A DNA stretch of 64,000 nt from Planctomycetota bacterium. GTDB lineage: Bacteria > Planctomycetota > UBA1135 > UBA2386. The position numbers and the translations under genes are program-made. Below are positions 49,520 through 58,765 of this stretch, piece after piece (position 1 is the first letter of the stretch; the number at the start of each line of letters is the position of its first letter). The stretch is from assembly GCA_965223545.1 (NCBI GenBank), contig OZ245006.1, positions 5,856,001 through 5,920,000 on the forward strand, read 5' to 3'. The notes beneath the pieces were generated by a model that was not told the origin of the DNA, searched no databases, and saw nothing but the letters and a program-made list of their open reading frames with translations.

Positions 49520-52210
49520 ATGAACCGTCAACCGACCCGGATGGTGAGCGCTCTCTTGAGCGCTCTTCTGGCCCCCGCTGCCATGGCCCAATCTGACTTC
49601 GCGACCTGGGTCGGCTACGACACCGGCACTGGCTCGACAGCGCGGCATCCGTACGACAGCGCGGTCGGGGACTTCGACCGGGACGGGGATCCCGACCTCG
49701 CGGTGGTGAACTGGTGGAGCTATCCGAGCATGGGGGTGCTCTACAACAACGGTGACGGGACCTACTCCGATCCAGTGCAGTACCCCGGCACGCCTTCCTA
49801 CGGCGTCGTCGTGTCGGACTTCAACGGCGACGGCTGGGACGACATCATGGCGGCCAACCACGGCCAGAACGGGTCGGCGACGACAGTGTCGCTGTACCGC
49901 AACGCGCGGGACGGTACCTTCCTACCGCGGCAGAGGTTTCAGGCGGGTCCCGGGCCGCTCGGATTGGCCGCCGCGGACTTCGACGGCGACGGCGACTTCG
50001 ACGTCGCCGTGGCCAACAACCGAATCCAGTCGACCACCGTCTCGCTGCTGCTCAACAACGGCAACGGCGAGTTCGCCCCGCCGGTGGCGTACGAGGCGGC
50101 GCCGCAGACGACGTTCGGTGCCGAGCCGGCGGTGGTGGCGGCCGCCGATCTCAATGGCGATGGCCTGCCCGATCTCGCCGTCGGCAACGACAACCAGTAC
50201 GTGACGGTGCTCTTCAACACAGGCGGGGCATTCGGCCCGCCGTCGAGCCAGAGCACCATGCTGGGGGCGAATGCCGGGTTCTACCCATCGATCGCGGTCG
50301 ACGACATCGACCGAGACGGCGATCTCGACGTGCTCTACTCCAACACGCTGACGCAGGTCTTGATCACCAGTCCACGGGTCACGTTCGCCGGCGCGGTTGC
50401 CGTGTTCCGCAACGATGGGACGGGAACGCTGGCGCCGGCCGAGGGTCACCCGACCGCGTTGGCGACGATTGGTTTCGCCGACATGGCGCTCGCGGACTTC
50501 AATGGCGACGGCTGGACCGACATCGCCGGCGTGTGGCAGGCCAATGGCGGTTGGGGCGTGTCCCTCAACGACGGCGCCGGCAACTTCCAGCTCTCGGCGG
50601 AGTACGCCTCGGGCGACGAGCCGATGTGCATCTCCGCGGCGGATGTCGACGGCGACGCCGACCCGGATGCCATCGTCGTGGCGCGGGAAGCACTGATGGC
50701 CGCCGTGCACCGCAACCCCGGCGATGGCGAGTTCTCAATAGCACCGGTGTTCGCGGCGGGTTTCCTCACCAACCGGCGCATCGACTCGGCAGACATCGAT
50801 GGCGACGGCGACCTCGACGTGGCGAGCTGCTGGGCCGCCAACAACCGCGGCGGCATCGAGATCCTGATGAACGACGGCAGCGGCGTGCTCGGACCTGCCG
50901 TCTCCTACCCGTCGCTGCAGGCCGCGGATGGCGTCAAGCTGGGGGATCTCAACGGGGACGGCTTCCCCGACCTGGCGTGGGCCGACGACACGCTCACTCC
51001 TCCGTACAACTTCTGGACTCGGCTGAACAAGGGCGATGGCACCTTCGGGCCGGCGAGAAACTGGCTGGTGGGCACTTGCGGGACGTGGGACCTCGAGCTC
51101 ATGGATCTCGACAACGACGGCGATCTCGACGTCGTGCTGTGCGAGTTCCTCGCCTGTTTCGGGACGCTGCAGAAGTTCCTCTACGCCCGTCTCAACCGCG
51201 GCGACGGTACGTTCGCGCGCCCCTACCTGATCAACGGCGATCAGACTGGCACGTCCGACGCGGTGGGCGGCGACTTCGACGAGGATGGCTTGCTCGACAT
51301 CGTCAACGCCTCCGTCTTGGGCCTCAACTTCCTCAGAGGAACCGGCGGCGGGCAGTTCGACGCCCCGGTGCCCATCGCCATCTCCGGCTCGACCGACCGG
51401 ATGGTGACCGCCGACCTCAACGGTGACGGCCACCTCGATCTCGTCGTCACCGGTCGCGAGGACGTCTTCCAACTCAATGGCGTGCACATCCTGCTGGGCG
51501 ACGGCAACGGCGGGTTCGCGCCCGCCACCCACTATCTGGGCAACTACTCCGGCGTTCGCTTCGTCGAAACCGGTGATGCGGACAGCGACGGCGACCTCGA
51601 CGTCCTGATCGGCAACATCACGTCGAACGACGTCTCGCTGTATCGCAACAACGGCGACGGCACCTTCGAAGAGCAGATTCGCTATGGCGCGGCCGGAGGC
51701 CCGATCGACCTGACGTTCGGCGACTTCACCGGCGATGGCGTCGGCGATGTCGCCGTGGTGATGGGCGACACGGTCTCCTACTACAACAACGGCGCCGGCG
51801 TGCAGGTCCTGCACGGGTTGCCGAGGTGCGCTGGCTCGTTCTCGAGCTACGGCAGCGGGCTGCCGGGCAGCGGCAACCGGACGCCGTTCCACTCGGGATC
51901 CGGCTGCCCGACGCCTGGCGCCGTGATCACGTTGGGGCTGACCAACGGTCGCGCCAACGCGCCGGCCTCTCTCTTCTTCGGCAGTGACGTCGGCTCGGTG
52001 CCGATCCTTGGCGGCACGTTCCTGCTGGGAGGCGCCATCGCGGGCTTGCCGGTGCAACTCGACCGCGACGGCGCGTTCTCGCTCTCGCCGACGATCCCGC
52101 TCCTGCCGGGTTTGGCGGGGGCGACCATCTACACCCAGGCCGCGGTTGCGGATCCGGGAGCGTTGCGCGGAGTCGCGTTCTCGGCCGGGCTGGCGACCAC
52201 CATTAGGTAG
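49520..52210 (+). CDS. Secreted FG-GAP/VCBS repeat protein with a conserved C-terminal domain
   Basis: Signal peptide ending AMAQ; 14 DxDxDG-type Ca-binding repeats counted. Confidence 0.92.
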   Translation: MNRQPTRMVSALLSALLAPAAMAQSDFATWVGYDTGTGSTARHPYDSAVGDFDRDGDPDLAVVNWWSYPSMGVLYNNGDGTYSDPVQYPGTPSYGVVVSDFNGDGWDDIMAANHGQNGSATTVSLYRNARDGTFLPRQRFQAGPGPLGLAAADFDGDGDFDVAVANNRIQSTTVSLLLNNGNGEFAPPVAYEAAPQTTFGAEPAVVAAADLNGDGLPDLAVGNDNQYVTVLFNTGGAFGPPSSQSTMLGANAGFYPSIAVDDIDRDGDLDVLYSNTLTQVLITSPRVTFAGAVAVFRNDGTGTLAPAEGHPTALATIGFADMALADFNGDGWTDIAGVWQANGGWGVSLNDGAGNFQLSAEYASGDEPMCISAADVDGDADPDAIVVAREALMAAVHRNPGDGEFSIAPVFAAGFLTNRRIDSADIDGDGDLDVASCWAANNRGGIEILMNDGSGVLGPAVSYPSLQAADGVKLGDLNGDGFPDLAWADDTLTPPYNFWTRLNKGDGTFGPARNWLVGTCGTWDLELMDLDNDGDLDVVLCEFLACFGTLQKFLYARLNRGDGTFARPYLINGDQTGTSDAVGGDFDEDGLLDIVNASVLGLNFLRGTGGGQFDAPVPIAISGSTDRMVTADLNGDGHLDLVVTGREDVFQLNGVHILLGDGNGGFAPATHYLGNYSGVRFVETGDADSDGDLDVLIGNITSNDVSLYRNNGDGTFEEQIRYGAAGGPIDLTFGDFTGDGVGDVAVVMGDTVSYYNNGAGVQVLHGLPRCAGSFSSYGSGLPGSGNRTPFHSGSGCPTPGAVITLGLTNGRANAPASLFFGSDVGSVPILGGTFLLGGAIAGLPVQLDRDGAFSLSPTIPLLPGLAGATIYTQAAVADPGALRGVAFSAGLATTIR

Positions 52211-52261
52211 ACGCGGGAGTCGCGGCCGGGCGCGGCGGCGAGGATCGCTGTTGGGGGAGCG

Positions 52262-54523
52262 TCAACGAACGTCCGTGCGAAGACCGTTCGAGGTGGTGAG
52301 ACCCGCGGGGTTGGCGCCGCGGTCGACGGTGAGCCATTGCCAGTAGAGCGTGCCGTTGCCGGTCAATGGGAAGGTCACGCCGGCGGTGCCCAGCACCGAG
52401 GTCGTCGTCGGCAGGCTGACCGCGGTCGCCAAGCCGACGTGCAGCACGCATCCGCGCATGCCGAGCGGGTCGAGTGGCGTCGCGGCGCTGGTGGTCGACA
52501 GCATCAGGGCCGCCGGTGCCGACTGTGGGCCCCCGATCATGGAACAGCGCCAAGCGGCGAGCCCCGTGAGTGGCGTGCCGCTGCTGCGGATCGAGCCGCC
52601 GCAGCGCACGCCGAACGTCGTCGCGCTCGCGGCGGGGTAGACCAAGGCGCGGCCGTACAGCGGTGCGGCGGCTTCGCTCGTCGCGTAGGCGAACCAGAAC
52701 TCGTCGTCGTGGAACGCGACCGCGCCGCCCGACACGCTGCCGGTCAGCGCGGTGTACAGCGCGGCGGTTTCGACCGTGTTGCCGTCGAAGCCGAGGCGCA
52801 CGGCGGTCAGCGACGGCGAGATTCCGCGGCGGCGCTGGCGGTAGGTCACGATCCAATGGCTGCCGGTGTTGGTGTCGTGTGCCAGCGCCGGTGCGGCGGC
52901 GCCGGTCGTGCTCAGACCCGCTACCGGCGTCTTTGTCCAGGACAGGGTTGGCGACGCAGCCGTCGATGGCCAGTCGAAGCGCCGCACATCGAGGTACTCA
53001 CCGGTCGTGGCGCCTTGATGCAGGCCGCGCATGCACGAGACCGCGTAGCTGCCGCCGGCTCCCGCGATGTCGGGGTGCGCGTCGTAGCTCCCGTAGGTCG
53101 TCGACAGGGGACCCACGCGTGCCGGGCCGCGCGCGGTGGTGCCGGCGATCAGCGCTGTCCAAACATCCCACGCCGGCACGCCGCTGTTCAGGTTGCGCTC
53201 CTGCCACACCAGCCCCCAAACCGGGTTGCCCAGGGCGTCGTTCGTCGCCCGCTGGGTCACGCGGCCATTCTCCCGGTCGTAGTTGGCGGCGGTCGACCGA
53301 CCGAGCAGCTTCTGGTTGAACAGGGTGCCCGTGGCGGCGTCGAACAGCACCGAGCGCAGCTCGGTGTTGGCAGTGTTCGCCAAAGAAGTCGTCACGTCGC
53401 TCTGGAACACCATCGCCGCCCACGGCAGGTTGCCGTTCGAGCCACCGATGTCCGGGTTGCGGTCGACGGATTGAGGCCCGGTGCGACCCATGAACGTCCA
53501 GCTGCCACTGTTGAGGAAGAGGTTGCCGGCGTCGTGGCGGTAGAGTCGGATCTGCGCCACCGTGGTCGCCCGCGCGAAGGCGATGACCCAGCGCTGCGCG
53601 GCGTCGACGAACGCCACGCTCGGTGCGTTGGTGTCGATCGCCGCCGAGACGTCGGTGAAGAGCAGGGCTCCGTTGCCGAACGATCGGTCGGTCGTGTAGG
53701 CGTAGACGTCGCGGTCGGTGGACGAGACCCAACGCGTCTCGACGATCAGCACCGGCCGCCCGGGTGGTGCTCGCTCCGCGATGTCGACGGTGTCGACGGT
53801 CCAGTTGGCGAGCGACCCGCCGACGACCACCGGCGACAGCAGCGGGTCGATGACCACGGGCCATCGCGCATCGCGCAGCCAGCTGCCGGGAACCACCAGC
53901 CGCACCTCGTCTCCGCGCGTCTCGGTCGCGACTGGCACCGCTCGCTGGTTTGCGTCGAACGCCGTGGCGCTCCCGTAGCGCACCCGTGCCACGCCGGCGG
54001 GATCGACCAGGCGCAGCGCCGCCGGGCCGGGTGCCACCGCGTCGCGGACGACCGCCAGCTCGGAACGCAAGCGCCCGACGACGACCAAGTCACCGCTGCC
54101 GCGGGCCAGCTCGCGGTCGACGACGAACGACTGCTCGACCCCTTCTCGACGCACGTCGTAGCGCTCGACCAGGCCGGGGTAGTGGTACTCGTAGCGCCAG
54201 CGCGTGTGCTGCTGCGCTGCGGTGTGCGTGGTGGTGTCCAGCAGCGGGGCGCCGCCGCGCTCCACACGTAGAGTCTGCCACTCCACCGGCATGTTGCGCG
54301 GCGCGTTCCGACCGAGCACCGGATAGAAGACCGGCCCGTCGTGGAACGAGATCTTGTAGCCATCGCCGGTCGCCCACTTCCCGTAGGCGCCGAAGGCGGG
54401 GTCGTCGGGGTGGGTGTGTACTGGCACGCGCCGGTCGGAGTTGGCAACTGCAGAATGCTGCGCTGCAGCGCAAATGGCGAGGGCGGGGAGCAGGACGATC
54501 GCGTGGCCGGTGGTTGTTCGCAT
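52262..54523 (-). CDS. Secreted multidomain protein (N-terminal beta-domain, propeller-like repeats, conserved C-terminal domain)
   Basis: Signal peptide ending AAAQ; VERYDVRREGVEQSFVV ... WPVVIDP N-domain; ends DRGANPAGLTTSNGLRTDVR. Confidence 0.8.
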   Translation of the reverse strand: MRTTTGHAIVLLPALAICAAAQHSAVANSDRRVPVHTHPDDPAFGAYGKWATGDGYKISFHDGPVFYPVLGRNAPRNMPVEWQTLRVERGGAPLLDTTTHTAAQQHTRWRYEYHYPGLVERYDVRREGVEQSFVVDRELARGSGDLVVVGRLRSELAVVRDAVAPGPAALRLVDPAGVARVRYGSATAFDANQRAVPVATETRGDEVRLVVPGSWLRDARWPVVIDPLLSPVVVGGSLANWTVDTVDIAERAPPGRPVLIVETRWVSSTDRDVYAYTTDRSFGNGALLFTDVSAAIDTNAPSVAFVDAAQRWVIAFARATTVAQIRLYRHDAGNLFLNSGSWTFMGRTGPQSVDRNPDIGGSNGNLPWAAMVFQSDVTTSLANTANTELRSVLFDAATGTLFNQKLLGRSTAANYDRENGRVTQRATNDALGNPVWGLVWQERNLNSGVPAWDVWTALIAGTTARGPARVGPLSTTYGSYDAHPDIAGAGGSYAVSCMRGLHQGATTGEYLDVRRFDWPSTAASPTLSWTKTPVAGLSTTGAAAPALAHDTNTGSHWIVTYRQRRRGISPSLTAVRLGFDGNTVETAALYTALTGSVSGGAVAFHDDEFWFAYATSEAAAPLYGRALVYPAASATTFGVRCGGSIRSSGTPLTGLAAWRCSMIGGPQSAPAALMLSTTSAATPLDPLGMRGCVLHVGLATAVSLPTTTSVLGTAGVTFPLTGNGTLYWQWLTVDRGANPAGLTTSNGLRTDVR

Positions 54524-54600
54524 GGCGTCTCCGACTGGACAGCGCCCGCGGAAGGCCCGACCGAACAGGGCGGCCGCGATTTCGGGCCGAGGATCTTGGC

Positions 54601-54622
54601 TATGATGATGGGCTGAAGGAGC
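54601..54622 (+). promoter_or_regulatory. -10 hexamer and RBS of the downstream FG-GAP gene
   Basis: TATGAT at 54601-54606; AAGGAG 7 nt before the ATG at 54629. Confidence 0.45.
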
Positions 54623-54628
54623 ACTGAC

Positions 54629-56110
54629 ATGACCCTTGCTCGCGTCTTCTGCATCACCGTTGCCCTGTCCGCCGGCAGCGCCAGCGCACAGGCCATCGTC
54701 GAGAGTCACCCCGGCTTCACGGCGGGGATCGGAGCCGCCGGCGACGTCGATCGCGATGGGTTCGCCGACTTCCTGCTGCCGGGCGGCGGGCGCACGCACG
54801 TGCTCTCCGGTCGCGACGGGGGTTTGCTCGTCAGTGTCGCAGGCACGCATCGCCTGCCAGTAGTGCCGCTCGACGAGGATGTCGATGGCGACGGTGTCGC
54901 CGACTTGCTGCTAGGCGACGATGACGCCGAGATCCGGTCGGGTCGGACCGGGGTGCTGCTTCGCAGTCACGCCGCGACCCAGCAGAACGGGTTGGGCGGC
55001 GGTCTGAACGGGGTCGGCGACATCGATGGCGACGGCGTGCGGGACTACGGCGTCGTGTTCAACGAGGTGCCGCAGGGATGCACCCCATGTCCCGGCTCGT
55101 TCGAGGTGGCCCTGTTCTCGGGCGTCGACGGCAGCGACATCCGGCGATGGTCCGTGCCCGGCGACTACACCTACACGTACCACGTCAAGGGACTGGGGGA
55201 CATCGACCTCGATGGGCGCAATGACTACGTGGTGTACTCGGCGGTGCCCGGGGTCCTCGGCGGGGTTGCGGCGAACTACTACAGCGGCGCGACGCACGCC
55301 CGGATCCCGCGCTCTGGCTGGCTGCCGACGCTCGACCTCGTGCCGTTGGTCGCCGACGTCGACGGTGACGCCGCGGCCGACTACATCGCGCTGTTCTTCT
55401 CCGCGCGCAACCCTCACTCCGCGTCGCTGATCTCGGGCCGCACCGAGCAGGTGCTCGCCACCTGGACCGGCGACTTCACTGCGATGGTTCCGATTGGCGA
55501 TGCGGACGGCGACGGCACGGTCGATGTCGGCTTCGGGGTGGGGCTGGCCGGGCTCGGCTCTGTCGTCGCGTGGTCGCTCGCGCGGCAGACGACGATCTGG
55601 AGCCTCGGCGAGCTGGGCAGCGTCGACGATCTCGTGGCGCTGGGCGATCGCGATGGCGACGGTCGGCGAGAACTGGCGTGCGGCAGGTTCGGGTTGGATG
55701 CAGTCGTCGTCGATCCCTCGGGAATCGGCGACTTCAGCGGTAGCCGCGCGTCCGCGTCATTGCTGCAAGGGGCCACTCAGAGTCTCTCCCTGTCGGCGCC
55801 GGCGACGCATGCTGGCAAGGCCTATTGGATCCTCGGCAGCCTGTCGGGCACGGCGCCGGGTGTCGCGCTGGCTGGCGCTTCGATCCCGCTCAACCCGGAC
55901 AGCTACACGTGGATCACGGCTGGCGGTCCCGGTCTGTTGCGGGGCGGCACCGGTGTGTTGAATGCGCAGGGGGCTGCCGCGGCGACGCTCACCGTGCCGC
56001 CGCTGCCGGCGATTGCGCGCGGCGTCTCGATGCACCATGCCTACGTCGTGCTCGGCACCGGAACTCTGGACTACACAAGCCGGCCGGTGCCGCTGGCCCT
56101 GCTGCCTTGA
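54629..56110 (+). CDS. Secreted integrin-alpha-like FG-GAP protein with a variant C-terminal domain
   Basis: Signal peptide ending ASAQ; 7 D(V/I/A/R)DxD(G/A) repeats. Confidence 0.88.
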   Translation: MTLARVFCITVALSAGSASAQAIVESHPGFTAGIGAAGDVDRDGFADFLLPGGGRTHVLSGRDGGLLVSVAGTHRLPVVPLDEDVDGDGVADLLLGDDDAEIRSGRTGVLLRSHAATQQNGLGGGLNGVGDIDGDGVRDYGVVFNEVPQGCTPCPGSFEVALFSGVDGSDIRRWSVPGDYTYTYHVKGLGDIDLDGRNDYVVYSAVPGVLGGVAANYYSGATHARIPRSGWLPTLDLVPLVADVDGDAAADYIALFFSARNPHSASLISGRTEQVLATWTGDFTAMVPIGDADGDGTVDVGFGVGLAGLGSVVAWSLARQTTIWSLGELGSVDDLVALGDRDGDGRRELACGRFGLDAVVVDPSGIGDFSGSRASASLLQGATQSLSLSAPATHAGKAYWILGSLSGTAPGVALAGASIPLNPDSYTWITAGGPGLLRGGTGVLNAQGAAAATLTVPPLPAIARGVSMHHAYVVLGTGTLDYTSRPVPLALLP

Positions 56111-56144
56111 GGCGTCGCCGCGGCCTGGCGCACGGCGGGTGGGA

Positions 56145-56777
56145 ATGGCCAGGCTGACCCCCGCGCCCCCGGACGACGCGCGCATCCGCATGGCGCGCGA
56201 CGACGATGCCGCCGCCCTGCACGCCATCTACGCCCCCGTCGTCACTGGCTCGGCGATCTCCTTCGAGTACGAGCCGCCCGACGTCGGCGAGATGAGGCGA
56301 CGCCTGCGCGCCATCCTCGAGGTCGCGCCGTGGATCGTCTGCGAGTCGGGCGGGCAAGTCCTCGGCTACGCCTACGCCTGCCGCTACCGGCCCCGCGCCG
56401 CCTACACCTGGACGGCGGAGACCACGGTCTACGTCGGCGAAGCCGCGCGCGGACGTCGCGTGGCGAGCGCGCTGTACGATGCACTCCTCGCCGGGCTGTG
56501 TCTGCAGGGTTTCCGCACCACGGTCGCGGTGATCACCTTGCCGAACCCGGCCAGTGTCGCGCTGCACCGGCGCTTCGGCTTCGCGCCGATGGGCGTTCTG
56601 CCGCAGAGCGGCTTCAAGGCAGGCCGGTGGCACCCCACGAGCTTTTGGCACCACCAGTGCCGGTGCACCGGCCCGCCGGGGGCGCCGCCGGTTTCACCGC
56701 GCGCGTTGGAGTCTGACCCGAGCTGGTCACGGGCGGTGGTGACGGCACAGCAGCGCATTCTGCCGATCACCGACTGA
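56145..56777 (+). CDS. GNAT N-acetyltransferase, phosphinothricin acetyltransferase-like
   Basis: ISFEYEPP, GYAYA...RPRAAY, ETTVYV, ITLPNPASVALH, GFKAGRW. Confidence 0.9.
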   Translation: MARLTPAPPDDARIRMARDDDAAALHAIYAPVVTGSAISFEYEPPDVGEMRRRLRAILEVAPWIVCESGGQVLGYAYACRYRPRAAYTWTAETTVYVGEAARGRRVASALYDALLAGLCLQGFRTTVAVITLPNPASVALHRRFGFAPMGVLPQSGFKAGRWHPTSFWHHQCRCTGPPGAPPVSPRALESDPSWSRAVVTAQQRILPITD

Positions 56778-56840
56778 GCCCCGCGGGCTGCTGGACGCGT
56801 TGCGGGAACCGCCGCCTTCGCTCGCTACACTCGCGTCGCG

Positions 56841-58700
56841 ATGGTGGGCTTCCGCAGCATACTCCTGGCCCTCTGCTCCTCGGTGGCGCTGTTGGCGTCC
56901 GCCCCGGCGCAAGAGGCGGTCTCGATCGACGCTCCCGGAATCGCCCTGCGCGGGATCCCGTTCGACGTGGCGGTTTCCGGCGGCCAATCCGGTGACCGAC
57001 TCCAGCTCGCGGACCAAGTGTTCGAAGTGCGGGCCGTCGACGATGGTTGGCGGGCGGAAGGAGTCGTGGTGGGGGAGAACGGCGTCGCCACGCTGGCCTT
57101 GCAGCGCGATGGGCGCGAGCTCGCGCGCGGCGATGTGCGTGTGATCCCGGCGTGGCTGTCGGTGTTGCCTCCGCTGCTCTCGATCCTCGTCGCGCTGTTG
57201 TTCCGCAAGGTGATCCCGGCGCTGTTCGTCGGCCTGTGGGTCGGGGCGTGGATCGCGCTCGGCTCCGGCGGTGTCGCGCAAGGTTTGCTCGACGCGTTCC
57301 AGGTCTACGTGCGCGGCGCATTCGGCGATCTCGACCGGGTCTCGATCATCCTGTTCACTTTCATGATCGGCGGAATGGTGGGGATCATCTCGCGCAACGG
57401 CGGCACGCAGGGGGTCGTCGACCTGCTGGTGCGCCGCGCCAACACGCCGCGCCGCGGCCAGCTGGTGACCGCCGGGCTGGGGCTCGCGGTGTTCTTCGAC
57501 GACTACGCCAACACGCTGGTGGTCGGCAACACGATGCGGCCGGTGACCGATCGGCTGCGGATCTCACGCGAGAAGCTGGCGTACCTGGTCGACTCCACCG
57601 CGGCGCCGGTCGCGTGCCTGGCGTTCGTCACCACCTGGATCGGCTACGAGGTCGGCATCGTCGGTTCGGCGGTCGAGAAGATCGACGGGTTCGACGAGGC
57701 TGCGTACTCGATCTTTCTGCACTCGATTCCGTACAGCTTCTATCCGCTGCTCTCCATCTTCTTCGTCTTCGCGGTGGCGTGGACTGGCCGTGACTTCGGG
57801 CCGATGTACGCGGCCGAGCGCGCGGCGCACGAGGGTGGGGCGAGTGCCGGAGTCCAGGGGCGCCGGCCGGGGGCGGAGGACGCCGGTGAGTTGGCCGCGA
57901 AGAGCGGCATCCCGGCGCGCGCCTGGAACGCGGTCATCCCCGTGTTGGTCTTGGTCGGTGGCGTCCTCGTCGGCTTGTTCGCGACCGGCGAAGGCGACGA
58001 TCTGCGCGCGATCATCGGCAGCGCCGACAGCTACGCGGCGCTGATGTGGGCGTCGCTGTGCGCGGTGTTGGTCGCCGCCGTCTTGTCGATGGCCCAGGGC
58101 TTGCTCGATCTCGAGGAGGTCGTCGACGCCTGGTATTGCGGCGTGCGCGCGATGCTCTTGGCGATGATCATCTTGGTCCTCGCCTGGGCGCTGTCGGACA
58201 TCACCGGCGTCTTGCACACCGCGGACTTCTTGGTCAGCGCGCTCGGCGACGCGATCCCGATGGGCCTGTTGCCGGCGCTGGTGTTCGTGATCTCGGCGGC
58301 CACCGCGTTCGCCACCGGATCGAGCTGGGGCACGATGGGCATTCTGATGCCGCTGATCGTGCCGTTGGCGTGGGCCGTCCTGCAGGGCAACGGCGCCGCT
58401 GATCCGGAGCACTACTACGTGCTCTACTCGGCGGTGGCCTGCGTGCTGTCGGGCGCGGTCTGGGGCGATCACTGCTCGCCGATCTCCGACACGACGATCC
58501 TGTCCTCGATGGCTTCGGGGTGCGACCACGTCGCGCACGTGCGCACGCAGCTCGGCTATGCGGTCTCCGTCGGCGCGGTGGCCGTGTTGCTCGGCACGGT
58601 GCCGACCGGCTTCGGCCTACCGTGGTGGCTGTCGCTGCTGGTCGGTGCCGCCGTCCTCGGCGCGATCCTGCGCGTGTTCGGCAGACCGGTGCGCGCCTGA
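56841..58700 (+). CDS. Na+/H+ antiporter NhaC family protein with an N-terminal exported domain
   Basis: FFDDYAN, ISREKLAYLVDSTAAP, FATGSSWGTM, GDHCSPISDTT. Confidence 0.93.
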   Translation: MVGFRSILLALCSSVALLASAPAQEAVSIDAPGIALRGIPFDVAVSGGQSGDRLQLADQVFEVRAVDDGWRAEGVVVGENGVATLALQRDGRELARGDVRVIPAWLSVLPPLLSILVALLFRKVIPALFVGLWVGAWIALGSGGVAQGLLDAFQVYVRGAFGDLDRVSIILFTFMIGGMVGIISRNGGTQGVVDLLVRRANTPRRGQLVTAGLGLAVFFDDYANTLVVGNTMRPVTDRLRISREKLAYLVDSTAAPVACLAFVTTWIGYEVGIVGSAVEKIDGFDEAAYSIFLHSIPYSFYPLLSIFFVFAVAWTGRDFGPMYAAERAAHEGGASAGVQGRRPGAEDAGELAAKSGIPARAWNAVIPVLVLVGGVLVGLFATGEGDDLRAIIGSADSYAALMWASLCAVLVAAVLSMAQGLLDLEEVVDAWYCGVRAMLLAMIILVLAWALSDITGVLHTADFLVSALGDAIPMGLLPALVFVISAATAFATGSSWGTMGILMPLIVPLAWAVLQGNGAADPEHYYVLYSAVACVLSGAVWGDHCSPISDTTILSSMASGCDHVAHVRTQLGYAVSVGAVAVLLGTVPTGFGLPWWLSLLVGAAVLGAILRVFGRPVRA

Positions 58701-58765
58701 CGGCGCCGTGCCTCCCGCCGGGCGTCGAGTCGAAAGAACGCGCCGCCGCCCAGCGTTCAAACGGC

